From NCBI RefSeq assembly GCF_009914755.1, contig NC_060925.1: DNA of 64,000 bases; one strand, 5' to 3'. The DNA is from the human T2T-CHM13v2.0 reference genome, Homo sapiens. The notes under the pieces are model-generated. The model saw only the letters and a list, made by a program, of their open reading frames with translations. It was not told the origin of the DNA and did no database searches. Of this stretch, positions 33,534-57,314 are shown in pieces. Made by a program: the position numbers and the translations under genes. Every line of letters begins with the position of its first letter. Positions within the stretch are counted from its first letter, which is position 1.

Positions 33534-33859
33534 AGCAGCACTGGAGTCTCTCTGAACTTATTATGGTTTAGAAGGTTGCCTGATTAATTGTTCTTTACTC
33601 AATTAAACTCTGTTTAATTTGTCTAAGCTTTGTATTTTCAAAAGAATTTATAGTCAGAAGTATTTATCCAATGTATCAGTAAGAAATAATCAGGATCAGA
33701 CCATTTAGGGCTTTGAAAACCAGCTTAAGCAATGAGCAATGAGCTCACTGTGTGAACAACGTAAGTTCACTGAAGTATTTTGAACAAAGTGCCAAGATCC
33801 TATAGACACATAGAGGCTTATTCTGACTGCAGTGCAAAGACCATATTAAAAGCCAATAG

Positions 33860-39715
<5,856 letters not shown>

Positions 39716-40968
39716 CTGGGAGAAAGAAAAGAGAATTGTCTAGCCATGACTTTTTCCACTTTTTAGTGAAATAATAGTAATAATAGTTATTATTATTGGA
39801 GAATTGCTTGAGTTCATTGTATATCCTGGAGATTAATCTCTTGTTGGATTAATGCTTTGCAAGTATTTTCTCCCATTCAACATGTTGTTTCTTTCTTCTG
39901 TTGATTGTTTTGTGGCATGGGAGATTTTTAGTTTAATATAGTCCCATTTGCCTATTTTTATTTTAATTGTCTGTGCTTTTGAGATCATAGTCATAAAATA
40001 TTTGCCTAGACTAATGTTGTGAAGTGTTTCCCCTATGTTTTCTTGTAGAATATATTTAAGATCTTACATTTACGTCTTTGATTTCATCTTCAGTTGATTT
40101 GTGTACATGTTAAGAGATAACAGTCCAGTTTCATTCCTCTGCATATTGATATTTGGTTTTTAAGAGAGTGTCCTTTTGCCAGTGTATGTTCTTGGTGCTT
40201 TTGTCAAAAATCAGTTGGCTGTATGTAAGTAGACTTATTTCTGAGTTTTCTGTTCTGTTCCATTGGTCAATGTGTATATTTTTATCCCAGTACCATGCTG
40301 TTTTGGTTATTATATCCTTGTAATATATTTTGAAGTCAGGCAGTATGATACCTCCAGTTTTGTTTGTTTTGCTCACAATTGCTTTAGTTATGCTGGCTCT
40401 TTTTTGGTTCCATGAAAATTTTAGAATTATTTCTTCCATTCTTGTGAAAAATGTTAATGGTATTTTGATAGGAATTGCACCAAATTCATACATTGCTTTG
40501 GGCAGTATGGTCATTTTAACAAGATTAATTCTTCTAGTCCATGAGCATGAGATTTCTTTCCATTTATTTGTCTTTCATCAGTAGTGCTCAACGTCACTAA
40601 TCAAGGAAATGCACATCAAAACCACAATGAGAGATCATCTTACCCAAGTTAAAATGACTACTATTAAAAAGTAAAATAAATAAATAAATAAATAACAGAT
40701 GCTTATAAGGATGTGGAGAAAAGAGAACTCATACACTATTGGTGGGAATATAAATTAGTATGACCATGTGGAAAACAGTATGGAGATTTTTCAAAAAACT
40801 AAAAATAAATTCATCAACCTCGCTATGTGGTATCTATACAAAAGCATAGAAATCAGCATATCAAAAGAATAACTATACATGTATATTTATTGTAGCACTA
40901 TTCACAATAGCAAAGATATACAATCAACCTAAGTGTCCATCAGTGGGTGAATGGATAAAGAAAATGTT

Positions 40969-41875
40969 GGGGGGAGGAGCCAAGATGGCCGAATAGGAAC
41001 AGCTCCGGTCTACAGCTCCCAGCGTGAGCGACGCAGAAGACGGGTGATTTCTGCATTTCCATCTGAGGTACCGGGTTCATCTCACTAGGGAGTGCCAGAC
41101 AGTGGGTGCAGGCCAGTGGGTGTGCGCACCGTGCGCGAGGGGAAGCAGGGCGAGGCATTGCCTCACCTGGGAAGTGCAAGGGGTCAGGGAGTTCCCTTTC
41201 CTAGTCAAAGAAAGGGGTGAGGGACGCACCTGGAAAATCGGGTCACTCCCACCCGAATACTGCGCTTTTCAGACCGGCTTAAAAAACGGCGCACCACGAG
41301 ACTATATCCCACACCTGGCTCAGAGGGTCCTACGCCCACGGAATCTCGCTGATTGCTAGCACAGCAGTCTGAGATCAAACTGCAAGGCGGCAGCGAGGCT
41401 GGGGGAGGGGCGCCCGCCATTGCCCAGGCTTGCTTAGGTAAACAAAGCAGCCGGGAAGCTCGAACTGGGTGGAGCCCACCACAGCTCAAGGAGGCCTGCC
41501 TGCCTCTGTAGGCTCCACCTCTGGGGGCAGGGCACAGACAAACAAAAAGACAGCAGTAACCTCTGCAGACTTAAATGTCCCTGTCTGACAGCTTTGAAGA
41601 GAGCAGTGGTTCTCCCAGCACGCAGCTGGAGATCTGAGAACGGGCAGACTACCTCCTCAAGTGGGTCCCTGACCCCTGACCCCCGAGCAGCCTAACTGGG
41701 AGACACCCCCCAGCAGGGGCACACTGACACCTCACACGGCAGGGTATTCCAACAGACCTGCAGCTGAGGGTCCTGTCTGTTAGAAGGAAAACTAACAAAC
41801 AGAAAGGACATCCACACCGAAAACCCATCTGTACATCACCATCATCAAAGACCAAAAGTAGATAAAACCACAAAG
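40969..41875. promoter_or_regulatory. L1 5'UTR CpG-rich bidirectional (sense and antisense) promoter
   Basis: Intact 5'UTR with YY1 motif caagatggcc at 40981-40990. Confidence 0.8.
41205..41420 (-). CDS. L1 antisense ORF0, intact 71 aa
   Basis: MAGAPPPASLPPCSLISDCC...RFSRCVPHPFL*. Splice donors CCAG|gtgtgg (41314) and CCAG|gtgcgt (41229) are present. Expression not shown. Confidence 0.8.
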   Translation of the reverse strand: MAGAPPPASLPPCSLISDCCASNQRDSVGVGPSEPGVGYSLVVRRFLSRSEKRSIRVGVTRFSRCVPHPFL

Positions 41876-42892
41876 ATGGGGAAAAAACAGAACAGAAAAA
41901 CTGGAAACTCTAAAACGCAGAGCGCCTCTCCTCCTCCAAAGGAACACAGTTCCTCACCAGCAACGGAACAAAGCTGGATGGAGAATGACTTTGACGAGCT
42001 GACAGAAGAAGGTTTCAGACGATCAAATTACTCTGAGCTATGGGAGGACATTCAAACCAAAGGCAAAGAAGTTGAAAACTTTGAAAAAAATTTAGAAGAA
42101 TGTATAACTACAATAACCAATAGAGAGAAGTGCTTAAAGGAGCTGATGGAGCTGAAAACCAAGGCTCGAGAACTACGTGAAGAATGCAGAAGCCTCAGGA
42201 GCCGATGCGATCAACTGGAAGAAAGGGTATCAGCAATGGAAGATGAAATGAATGAAATGAAGTGAGAAGGGAAGTTTAGAGAAAAAAGAATAAAAAGAAA
42301 TGAGCAAAGCCTCCAAGAAATATGGGACTATGTGAAAAGACCAAATCTACGTCTGATTGGTGTACCTGAAAGTGATGCGGAGAATGGAACCAAGTTGGAA
42401 AACACTCTGCAGGATATTATCCAGGAGAACTTCCCCAATCTAGCAAGGCAGGCCAACGTTCAAATTCAGGAAATACAGAGAATGCCACAAAGACACTCCT
42501 CGAGAAGAGCAACTCCAAGACACATAATTTTCAGGTTCACCAAAGTTGCAATGAAGGAAAAAATGTTAAGGGCAGCCAGAGAGAAAGGTCGGGTTACCCT
42601 CAAAGGGAAGCCCATCAGACTAACAGTGGATCTCTTGGCAGAAACCCTACAAGCCAGAAGAGAGTGGGGGCCAATATTCAACATTCTTAAAGAAAAGAAT
42701 TTTCAACCCAGAATTTCATATCCAGCCAAACTAAGCTTCATAAGTGAAGGAGAAATAAAATCCTTTACAGACAAGCAAATGCTGAGAGATTTTGTCACCA
42801 CCAGGCCTGCCCTAAAAGAGCTCCTGAAGGAAGTGCTAAACATGGAAAGGAACAACCGGTACCAGCCGCTGCAAAATCATGCCAAAATGTAA
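41876..42892 (+). pseudogene. L1 ORF1p with premature stop
   Basis: MGKKQNRK...QNHAKM*; TGA at 42263-42265, codon 130 (CGA>TGA type). Confidence 0.95.
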
Positions 42893-42928
42893 AGACCATC
42901 GAGACTAGGAAGAAACTGCATCAACTAA

Positions 42929-46782
<3,854 letters not shown>

Positions 46783-47499
46783 ACAATGAGATCACATGGA
46801 CACAGGAAGGGGAATATCACACTCTGGGGACTGTGGTGGGGTGGGGGGAGGGGGGAGGTGTAGCATTGGGAGATATACCTAATGCTAGATGACGAGTTAG
46901 TGGGTGCAGCACACCAGCATGGCACATGTATACATATGTAACTAACCTGCACAATGTGCACATGTACCCTAAAACTTAAAGTATAATAAAAAAAAAAAAG
47001 AAAAAAGAAAATGTGGTACATATACACAATGGAATAGCATTTGGCAATTAAAAAGAAGAAAATCATGTTATTTGCAGAAAGTTGTATGGAACTGGAGGTT
47101 ATTATGTTAAGTGAAATAACTCAGGCACAGAAAGACAAATATTGCATGTTTTCACTTATATGTGGGAGCTAAAAAAGTTTGCTTATAAACGTAGAGAGAA
47201 GAATGATAGATACTAGAGGCTGGGATGAGGGGATTCAAGGGGGAATTAAGAGAGGTAGCTTAATGGGCACGCACGTGCTCGTAAATAAAAATATAAGTTC
47301 TATTGCTCAACTACAGAGTAGGGTCAATAACAATGTATTATATGTTTTAAAATAGCTAGAAGAGATAAATTGTTCTCAACAGATACAAATGATAAATACT
47401 CAAAGTGATGGACCTGTCACAAACCCTGACTTGATTATTACACACAAAATACCACATGTACCCCATAAAAACGTAATATATTGGATTCAATTTTTAAAA

Positions 47500-49240
47500 A
47501 GTAAAAGAAGAACAAAGCCAGAAGACTCACACTTTCTAATTCCAGACCTACTACAAAGCTACAGTAATCAAAACAGTGTGATACTGACATAGAAAAAGAA
47601 ACATAGACCATTGGAATATAATAGAGCCCAGAAATAAACCTTTACAAAATGGTTAAAGAATCTTTGACATGGGTGTTAAGAGCGTTCACTGGGAAAAGGA
47701 GAGTCATTTCAATAAATGATTCTGGAAAAACTGGATATCCACATGAAGAATGAAGTTGGACCCTTATATAATACCATATTCAAAAATTAACAGAAAGTAG
47801 ATCAAAAGCATACAGTAAGACAATTCTTAAAAGAAAACATAGGATAAAAGCTTCTTGACTTGGATTTAGTGATGATTTCTTTAACATGAAACCAAAAGCA
47901 CAACAATGAAAGAAATAATAAACATTCAGATATTGGACTGCTTGAAAAATTCTTTAAATTGTGCCTCAAAAAGTCATCATTCACCAAGTAAAAATGCAAC
48001 CACACAATAGGAGAAATTATTTGAAAATCTTACATCTGATAAGGAATTAATATCCAGAATATGTTGAGAAATCTGAAAAGTCAACAACAAAAGACCCACA
48101 ACCCTTTTCAAAAATGAGCACATGAATTGAATAGACATTTCTCCAAAGAATATATGTAAGCAGCCAATAGGTACATGAAAAGATGCCCAATATGCCAATC
48201 ATTAGGCAAATGCAAATAAAAACTATAATGAGAAACCACATGCATTGGGATAATATATAATTAATATATTACACATACATAATATATATTTATGTGTATT
48301 ATATAAATACACATTTTATATATAGTTTATATATATATATACACACATATGCTATGCAAATGGAAGTATTTGGATAGTGTATGTGTGTATATATATATTT
48401 CATAAATATCTCTATACAATATTATATATATACATACACACATACATACATACCTGCAAGCATTGGCAAATGTATAAAGAAATGAAAACCCCTGTGCACT
48501 TTTAGTAGGAATGTGAAAGGGTACAGCCACTGGGGAAAACCATATGGTGGTTCCTCAAAAAATTCAGAATAGAATTACCATATGAGCCATCAGTTCCACT
48601 CTGGGTATATACCCAAAAGGAATTAAAAGCAAAATCTTGAGGAGATATTTGTACACTTTTATTTATAGTAGCATTATACATAATAGCTGAGATATGGAAG
48701 CAACACAAATCCCAATCGACGGATGAATGGAGAAGCAAAATGTGCTATATTTGTAAAATGGAACATTAGTCTAAAAAGGAATGGAATTCTGCAATGCGCT
48801 ATAGTATGGATGAGCATTGAGGACGTTATGCTGAGTGAAATAAGCCTGTTATAAAAAGGCAAATATTTCTATAATTCCACTTATATGAGTAACTTAGAGT
48901 ACTGAAAATCATAGAGACCAAAAGTAGAATGTGGGTTGCCAGGGCTTGGAGAGAGGGGCAAATAGGGAATTATTGTTTGATGTGTACAGTTTCGGTTTTG
49001 GAAGATGAAAAGATCAGGTGAATGGTGGTGATGGGTGCACAACAATGTGAATGTACTCTGTGTGTCCAAAATGTCCACTTAAAAATGGCTACAACAGTAC
49101 ATTTTATGTTACATAGATTTTACCACAAAAATAAAATTTTCTGCTTTTGAGAATACTTTATGGGAGAATGTATCCCACAGAGTGGAAGAAAATATCTGTA
49201 AAACATATATTGACAAGAACTTGAATTTAGAATGCATTAT
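47500..49240 (+). mobile_element. Old L1MB/MC 3' fragment containing a TA-rich low-complexity tract (about 48250-48452)
   Basis: Decayed ORF2 C-terminus and 3'UTR motifs. Confidence 0.8.
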
Positions 49241-49319
49241 GTCTCAATTTCATGATGCATTTATAATATTTTTTTCTATTTTCTCTTAAAACCATATACT
49301 AAGATTGTTGAAACACACA

Positions 49320-49510
49320 GTGAAGGCATGTAAGTGCCTGAGTTGGGATCCTGGCTCTGCCATTATTTAGCTATGTCATCTTAGATAAGATATTTAGCTT
49401 CCTTTTGTACCAGAATTTGTCAACTATAACATCTCTTTCACTAAAGATTGAATATATTAATCTGTATACAACTCTTAGAGCATATAATAAGCATGTAATG
49501 TATATTAACT
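49320..49510 (+). mobile_element. MIR fragment
   Basis: gatcctggctctgccattatttagctatgtcatcttagataagatatttagc core. Confidence 0.65.
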
Positions 49511-50390
49511 AATATCAAATCACTTTGCTCCTTTTCTTCTGGTAAAGGGGAATGTGCAATTTAGTCTGCTAACACAGTAAATATTCACTGGCTCAGGTAT
49601 GGACATTTTTGGAGTAAAATATAAAAAGCACTTTAACCCTAATTTGGTTTAAGGCCACTTGTGTCTTCATTTCACAGGAGAAAACTATTGAACAAAACCC
49701 TCTGAAGAGTCCAGGCCTACTTTATAACTTCTAATTGTGATTTCTGGCTGTAGCTCCAGCTTATGAAGAAGAAGAAGAATTATTTTATCTGGCTGATTAT
49801 TGCCTTGCATATGTCATTTCCATAGGGACCTCAAAGATAAAGCTGAGCGCACATGTCAAACATGTTGGGTTCAGCTATCCCAATATTTTCACAACTACCA
49901 TTCCCATTTTACCAAAAAGGAAAAGAATCAGTTTCAGGTGTCCATGCAGACCATGAAATTTAGCAAAATGTGTGTGAACATGTGAATAATTTTGAGAGGA
50001 GTGTCCTGTGATTTACACTGATATCTGAAAAAATACCTATGACCTAAAAAGTTTAAGATATACTGAATTATTACCCCTTCTAGGCTAAAAGTATAGTAAA
50101 AATTAACATAATTTATTTGATGATGTGACGGCCAATGTTTGGCAAAAATAAAGCTATCAACTAAAAGAAATATTTTCTTTTCCTAGGAACAGAAATATCA
50201 GCAGTTTGTGGCATTAAGCCCACAAATTTCAGGAAGTTGGATTCCAAACTCTAGGACATGAGGTCCAAGTAGGTATTATTCCTGTAGTTCAAACAAGCAT
50301 TACTGCTCTTTGGCTAAACGTCTTACCAGAGAATGGGCGTTTAGGAAATGAGATATTTTCAGGACATTCCCATCCTTTTAATCCACATAC

Positions 50391-50498
50391 CTCTGTTTCT
50401 GCGATGCAAACCGATAATGAGTCCAAAAATTGCACACATTGAAAAGAAGGCTATCCCAATGACTATCAGGCAGGGAGAATTCTAGTCACACCAGTTAC
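50391..50498 (-). pseudogene. SKINT1L: SKINT1L transmembrane exon 2 (108 bp, phase 1-1) with in-frame TAG
   Basis: Acceptor ctcttcttcttcag|GT; donor AGAG|gtatgt. Translates RNWCD*NSPCLIVIGIAFFSMCAIFGLIIGLHRRNR, with TAG at 50482-50484. Confidence 0.85.
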
Positions 50499-51059
50499 CT
50501 GAAGAAGAAGAGATATTGTAATTGTTAGTTATTGGTGTAGAGGCACTTTTGATTGGGGCACAATGTGTCAAGAAATCAAGAGGTATGTTTTGATGCCATC
50601 CCACTGCATTCATTTAGATTTGGGCTAAGGCTTAGGTCTAAAGATCAGAGAGCTGTGGGTGACAGAGACAAGAAGAACGGCTGTTTCTAGGATGGGATAG
50701 GTTTGGGTTGAGGCTAAACAGGTCTGGAGAAAAACAACTCATCCTTCTTTCTCTCTATCTAGCCCATCAGTAAATGGGCCTCATTAGAGCACTAGATGAA
50801 GTTATGCTCCGATTGTTATCATTTCACCTGGGCTTGAAAGAGTCTGGGAGTACAGTAGTTCTGGAGACCTCTGAACTGCCTGAAAGATCATATGAGCTTT
50901 GGATATACGACTCTCATGAGTGAAAGGGTTTTCAACAACATAATATTAAAAATATTCTTTAGCATGCATCATAGCAACATCATTTGGCTATCTAGTCTGT
51001 CCATAAAATAGCCTATGGTGTGGGGCTTACTACCACAAGTGATGCCATTCCACCACTGG

Positions 51060-51325
51060 AGTAGCATAGGCACAGTGTAACTTAGTGGTTAAAATATGGG
51101 ATACAGTGTCCATATGGCTTATAATCGATCTTATTTCCTATCATTACTAGCTGTGTGATTTTAGGTGCAATAGTTAACGTTGGTGGGTTTATTTTCATAA
51201 TATAGAAATTGGAGTGGTAATAATATTTAACTCAAAGTGTATTATGGAGGTTAAATGCACTAATTTCTGTAAATCTGTTGGTGTGGAGTTTTTCAATAGT
51301 AAAAATACAATAAATGTTAGCCTCT
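51060..51325 (+). mobile_element. MIR fragment
   Basis: tagtggttaaaa...ttactagctgtgtgatttta...aataaatgttagc. Confidence 0.65.
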
Positions 51326-52640
51326 AATGATGATGTAATAATTACTATTATAAAACTAACTCTGCATCCTTAAAAATTATTTATTCCAACTGATTCACCA
51401 ATACCTTTTAGATAAAGTTGAAGAGATTTTCAGAAACTCAAATTATGCCCATGAGAAACAGTTGAATAACTGGGCACACTCAGCTTGGCAAAGGTCAAGT
51501 TTGAAATGTTCCTGACTGCTAATCTCTGAAGAGCTATCTGGGAAATGTCAGTTGTTACACATGTGACCTTTGAATGTTCAATTAAATGTAAGATACAGAG
51601 AAGCAGGTCAGTATTAAATAAGGACAAGCATTAAAAGATGTATTGAAGCAGGAACATTAGAAAAAAACAAATCTCTAAAAACTTGGATAGTGTGAATAAG
51701 CCGATAGAAGCTACAGTACAGTTTGTTTTGCAAAACAGCAGCTAGCAGAGGTGAATGTTGTGAACTGGTGGCTTTCTGGCAGAGTGGTGTCTTCCCCAAA
51801 CCCCACAACCACAGTGGTGGAAAATGGCAGTTCTGAGGGTCACATACAGAGTTCAGGCCAGAAGAACAGCTGCAAATGTAAACGGAAAATCCAAGAAGTG
51901 GAGAGATATTTAGGAAGACCAAGACCCAAATCCTTCGCTGACAGCAGAACTACACGTGGTGGGAGGTGGCGCAGGAGCCTGGTGAAAAGCAGGGGGAGAG
52001 CACAGGACACTACTCTTGAAACACAGAGCTCTGCCAGAAGAGATCTGTGAGTCTGAAGCTTCTTAAATTGAGCACAACCCCAAATCATGAACAGCTATTT
52101 TTTGGTGTCTTAAATTTTCTTGCTTATTGTGCAAGTTCCCCCAATCCCCGCCCCCAACACCATAGTTGAGAATGAATGAAAACTTTTTGTTTAAGGAAAA
52201 GTAAAACACCTGGTGTTGCAGCTAGTGTAACTCTCCCTACGTGGTGTATTTTAATGATACTGTGCAATTAAAACTTAATTTTATGCCCTGAAGTGTCAGT
52301 GGTCCCTTTAAGAATTCAAGTGAGAAATATGTGTAAATTCTGTTAGGTGTTAAATGTTAAAAAGCTTTCCCAGGTTGTTTGAAAATCTGTCACCATAAGG
52401 ACAATGGGTTTCAACTTGGTTGAGATACAAAAAGGTCACACTTTCAGATAACAGCATTGTCAACAGCTCCAGCAGCAAAAGAGAACAGTATGTAGGATCA
52501 AGGAATGGGTGGAGAGCATATGTTTAACATACATGGAAAAGTTCAGAACTTCCTGAGACAGACAGACTTGAGAATTATGGGTCATGCAGCTTTAGCTTCC
52601 CCACTCCCATTAGCATCTCTCATCCTTCAAGCCAACTTAC

Positions 52641-52751
52641 GTTGCTCTCTTTGCTGTAGTTCAACACTTGGCAACATAATGAAGAATAGCAGAACAGCCA
52701 AGATTGCAACCAGAATCAGTATCCAGATAGAATTCCATGGAAACAGTTTAT
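52641..52751 (-). pseudogene. SKINT1L: SKINT1L transmembrane exon 1 (111 bp, phase 1-1, open)
   Basis: Acceptor ctccctatttcag|AT; donor CAAC|gtaagt. Translates DKLFPWNSIWILILVAILAVLLFFIMLPSVELQQREQ. Confidence 0.9.
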
Positions 52752-52952
52752 CTGAAATAGGGAGTCACAAATTTTACCACTTAGGAAACTTGAACCCACC
52801 AAACTAGGAATGATGATTCATCCAAAGCATGTTTCTGCTTAATACCTGTCACCTTCAAATGTAAACCAAGGCCAATTTGGGAAATTAATTATAATTGTGC
52901 ACGTGAAAAATGGGATAGGATCTGGAGTAGGGAAGAGCTGAATGTGAGTTAG

Positions 52953-53300
<348 letters not shown>

Positions 53301-53832
53301 TCTTCCATGTTTTTTGACATTCAGTGAATACAGATAAGATCTCCCTGAGATGTCTCTATTCCCAGGACTGTAACTCATGCTCAAAGTTTGTGCTAATTAT
53401 AATTCTGTTAAATCATCATTTTTTAAAGTGCATATACTTTTAAAAAGCATTTTTCACTAAAGTTGTAAATAAATCAGCAGGGCTTCCCCCAGCCCTGCCT
53501 TTTTGTTTGTTTTATTCATATATATCCTACTATGAACTTGGGGGAAGGAAGGTATGTAGTTTAGTCCTCCTTTATCCCCTGTAACTGTTTGTATTGCTGT
53601 TTCTGACACAACCATAATATGAAGCTTTTTTTTCTGGAAAATCAAATGAGAAAATAAGCGCAAAAATGTTTGAATGTAGTAAATTGCTAAAATTGTTAGG
53701 GGAGTCATTCCTGTAAGTGATAATGTCCCTTTCAGCATGTGACTCTAATATTAATTTCATGGAATACACAAACACTAACACATTCATATTTCCTTGACAG
53801 TTTGTAAGACACTTACTAGGGTGTATTTCTGT

Positions 53833-55395
53833 CATTCAAGTATCAATGATTTATTGCATTCCTGCTATGTGCCGCGCAATGTTTGAAGCAGTTGGAGTGT
53901 ATTAGTGTATAAAACTGACAAAGATTTGTATCTTCATGTTTCAGACAGGGAAACAGATAAGTGAAAATAAACATAATAAATAGGTTGTATGGTGGGCTAA
54001 ATGGTGAAAATAACATGGAAGAAAGAAAAATTAAGGAAAGTGAGGAGAGTGGGAATCAAGTAATTTGGGGGCAGGTGGCATTTTTTTCAAGCTGGTTTGT
54101 CAAGGTACTCTTTATTAGGGAGGTTGAGTTGAGAAGAGACTGGAAGGACATAGGGGAAGTTAGAGCATTCTAGGAAGAGGGACCAACTAGAGCTAAGCCT
54201 CCAAGGTAGGAGCATGTCTTGCAGGTTTAGGAACAGCAAGGAAGTCTGTGTGACTAGAGTAGAGTGCACAAAGGAGGGTGTTAGGATATGAGGTCAGATA
54301 GGTAATGGGGGCAGAGATAATGCAGGATATTGAAGGGCATTTTACTCTGAAAAACAATGGGGAAAAATTGCAGGGTCTTGAACAGAGGGTTCCTATTTAT
54401 ATGTTGAGAATGTACTATAGTGGACAAGAATAAAAATAAGAGGATATTTAGGATGCTATTGCCAAAGTTGAGACCCATGGGTGATAGTGTCTCAGGCTTG
54501 GATAGCAGTAGTAAGTTGGTGACAAGTGATGAGATGCTGAATATATTTTAAAGGTAGAGCTAACACAATTTCTTGATAGATGTGTTGCAGAATATGAGAG
54601 AAAAATTGGTGTCAATGATGAATTCAATTATTTTGTTTTGAGAAACTGAAAATATAAAGTGTGATTGGAAAGACATTAATTAAGCAAATTTGGAGGTAAT
54701 CAGGAGTTTACTTTATGATGTGTTTGGTTCAGGATATTTATTAGACTTCTATGTTGAGAGGTTGAGTTTGAAGATGAAAACCGAGTTTGAAGAGAGGACA
54801 GGGCAGGAGATACTATTGGAGGAGCCATAGTCACACTGATGATATCCGAAGTCTTGAGACAGAATGAACTCACAACAGAGGAAAGGCTCAAAAAACTACA
54901 TCCTGGGAAACAGAAAACCAAATACTGCATGTTCTCACATATGAGTGGGAGCTAAATTATGAGAACACATGGACACATAGAGGGGAACAACACACACTGG
55001 GGCCTTTTGGAGGGTGGAGGGTGGGAAGAGGGAAAGAATCAGGAAAAATAACTAATGGGTACTAGGTTTAATACTTGGGAGACAAAATAATCTGTACAAC
55101 AAACCCCCATGGCATAAGTTTACCTATATAACAAACAAACAAACAAACAAACCTGCACATGTGTTTAAAATAAATAAACTTAAAATAAAAGTTAACATAA
55201 AAGTTAAAATAAAAGTTAAAAATAAAAGCTAAAAAACAAAGCAAAACAAAAACTATGTCCTGGGAACCTGAATAGCAAGAAGGCAGAGTGAAAAAAAAAA
55301 GACTATAACAAAAAGATTAAGAAAGAAAACAAGCAAGAAGACAATGAATAAAACCAAGAGAAAGTAATGTCTTGGAAACCAAGTGAAGAAAGTAT
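53833..55395 (-). mobile_element. L2 LINE fragment
   Basis: cattcaag...tttattgcattcctgctatgtgcc L2 3'-end pattern followed by the purine-rich L2 body. Confidence 0.75.
54910..55247 (+). mobile_element. Short L1PA 3' end inserted in L2
   Basis: L1 3'UTR flanked by a TSD of about 19 bp, aaaaacta(ca/tg)tcctgggaa. Confidence 0.88.
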
Positions 55396-55472
55396 GTATA
55401 TGATTTTTTCTCTTTAATTTACAAATTTTATGTCAATGGCCATCATTTGAAGAACAAACACTCAGATCGCAC

Positions 55473-55754
55473 CTGGTAAGACAATGCTTGTCCTTTCCTC
55501 TTGACCGGTTACAGGGTTTTGAAGGTAGCAAGTGATGTTGCCATGGGAGCTGTCTCTAAGGAGAAGGCTCATCTTCATGGTGAACAATCTGTTTCTATCC
55601 TGGGAATCGGATTTTGATGCAGGCGGAATGATCTCTCCTCTGCTCTCTCTCCATTCCATTTGAGGCTGTGGTAACCAACCTTCTGAATTACACTCCACTA
55701 AAAGACCTTTGCTATTCGGAGGATGAATAAGAATTTGTATTTCTAAACTTGTAG
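55473..55754 (-). pseudogene. SKINT1L: SKINT1L IgC exon (282 bp, phase 1-1, open)
   Basis: Acceptor tttgtattccaaccag|CT; donor CCAG|gtgcga. Butyrophilin-type C domain: VECNSEGWLPQPQMEWR...ITCYLQNPVTGQE. Confidence 0.95.
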
Positions 55755-56380
55755 CTGGTTGGAATACAAAAAGGGAGAAACTGTTTTTAGAGGAAGACAA
55801 GGAAACACAGAAGAGATGGAAAAGCCTTCCTGCCCTCTTTAATCCCTGTGTCCTTAGATATTGATAGCTAAGCTATGAGGCTGATTGTCATGACAAGCCA
55901 TTCAAAAAGGAACAGGGATAAGCCATACTGAAGTGTTATGATAATCATATTAACAACATAGTCCAAAGTAAGTGAGGCGAGGAAATGCCTGTTTTTTACA
56001 TTTATTCATTCACTCAAAATATGGGCTATTTACTAAATTTAAGTAACTTGGTTAGGTCCTTGGATTATGATAAACAAAAAAATCAAGATCTCAGTCCTCA
56101 TAGAATTTACGGCTTAATGTTTTTTTCTTTAATCTTCACCATTAGCCACTTCTGAGCCACCATAACAAATTACAAATTTGTATTTTGCATACAATAGGTA
56201 TTTTTACATGCAATATGTTTTACAAAAAAAAGGAAATACATTACTGTTTTCAAAATATGGTGCATATCACTTTAGAGAAAATAAGTCTTTGAAAAATTTC
56301 AGGATATTACCTAGGACATAAGTCTTGCCTAATATGTGGGCAAAGAAAGAATGAACAGAGATTTAAAGTGTGACTCTAAA

Positions 56381-56590
56381 GCAGCCCTGTCTAATAAAAT
56401 TTTCTGCAATTATGGAAATATTCTATATGTGTGCCCTCTAATGCAGTAGCTGCTTGCCACATGAGACAACTAAGCACCTGAAATGTGGCCATTGAGACTG
56501 AAAAACTGAATGCTTAATTTTATTTAATTTTCATATGAATTTAAATGGCCACATGTGGCTAATATATATCATATTGGATAGCTCAGCTGT
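56381..56590. mobile_element. MER3-like hAT-Charlie DNA transposon
   Basis: ctgtctaataaaattttctgcaattatggaaatattcta...gccacatgtggcta...attggatagc. Confidence 0.75.
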
Positions 56591-57314
56591 AGACTATGGA
56601 GTTGGGTGTCATATAATATCCAGTAAATATGTTAAGCATGAGTGCCCTGGATCCCTCCACATGTGTCCTCATATTTGTGAAGACCTTAGTTTGCTTCAAG
56701 TCCTCCATCTCCCCTCCATTTCTCTGCCGTTCAGACTACTTCAAGGGTGAGTATTCACCTTTCATTCAGAATACTTCAAGGGTGATTGGCTTAAATGCTA
56801 TGTATTTGCAAATAGCACCCATATAGTATATAGATTGTAGAATTTTGAAGATAGTAGGTGAAGGCTTTCTGAAATACATTTAGAAAGGTGAATCTGTAAC
56901 TAAGTAGTCAGTAATTTGATTCAGGGAGAAATGAGAATAAAAATTATCATTAAAGAGTCTATTGTAAAGATTCAGGTACTTTTAAAAGTCAAGTTTTACT
57001 AAAGTGTTGCCAGAAATAATTAGAAGGATTGTAACAAATTCTAAAAGGATTCTGTTAATTTTTTAGCAATCTAGCAATATATGTAGACGTAAAAAAGCAG
57101 ACAGTATTTACTGATAGTTTTGATGTCTGAACAGATATAATTCTCATTCTTGATCCTCCACTCTTTCCAAATCAAACTCTAAACTCATAAATTTGACCTT
57201 GTTAACCAGACCATATAATATAAAAATAGAAATAGTGAGAATTTTCCTAATACTCAGCCTCATACAGGTTGAGAATCTTGGATGCATAGAAAACTCACAG
57301 GGATCCATCCTTAC

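Noticed and set aside
48250-48452. Structured repeat array or CRISPR-like repeat
   Set aside because: Simple TA/CA low-complexity expansion within an L1; no repeat-spacer structure, and the DNA is primate.
50075-50160. Possible TM3 exon (tttcttttag|...YTFSLEG|gtaata)
   Set aside because: The open frame is not hydrophobic, the other frames have stops, and the donor is weak.
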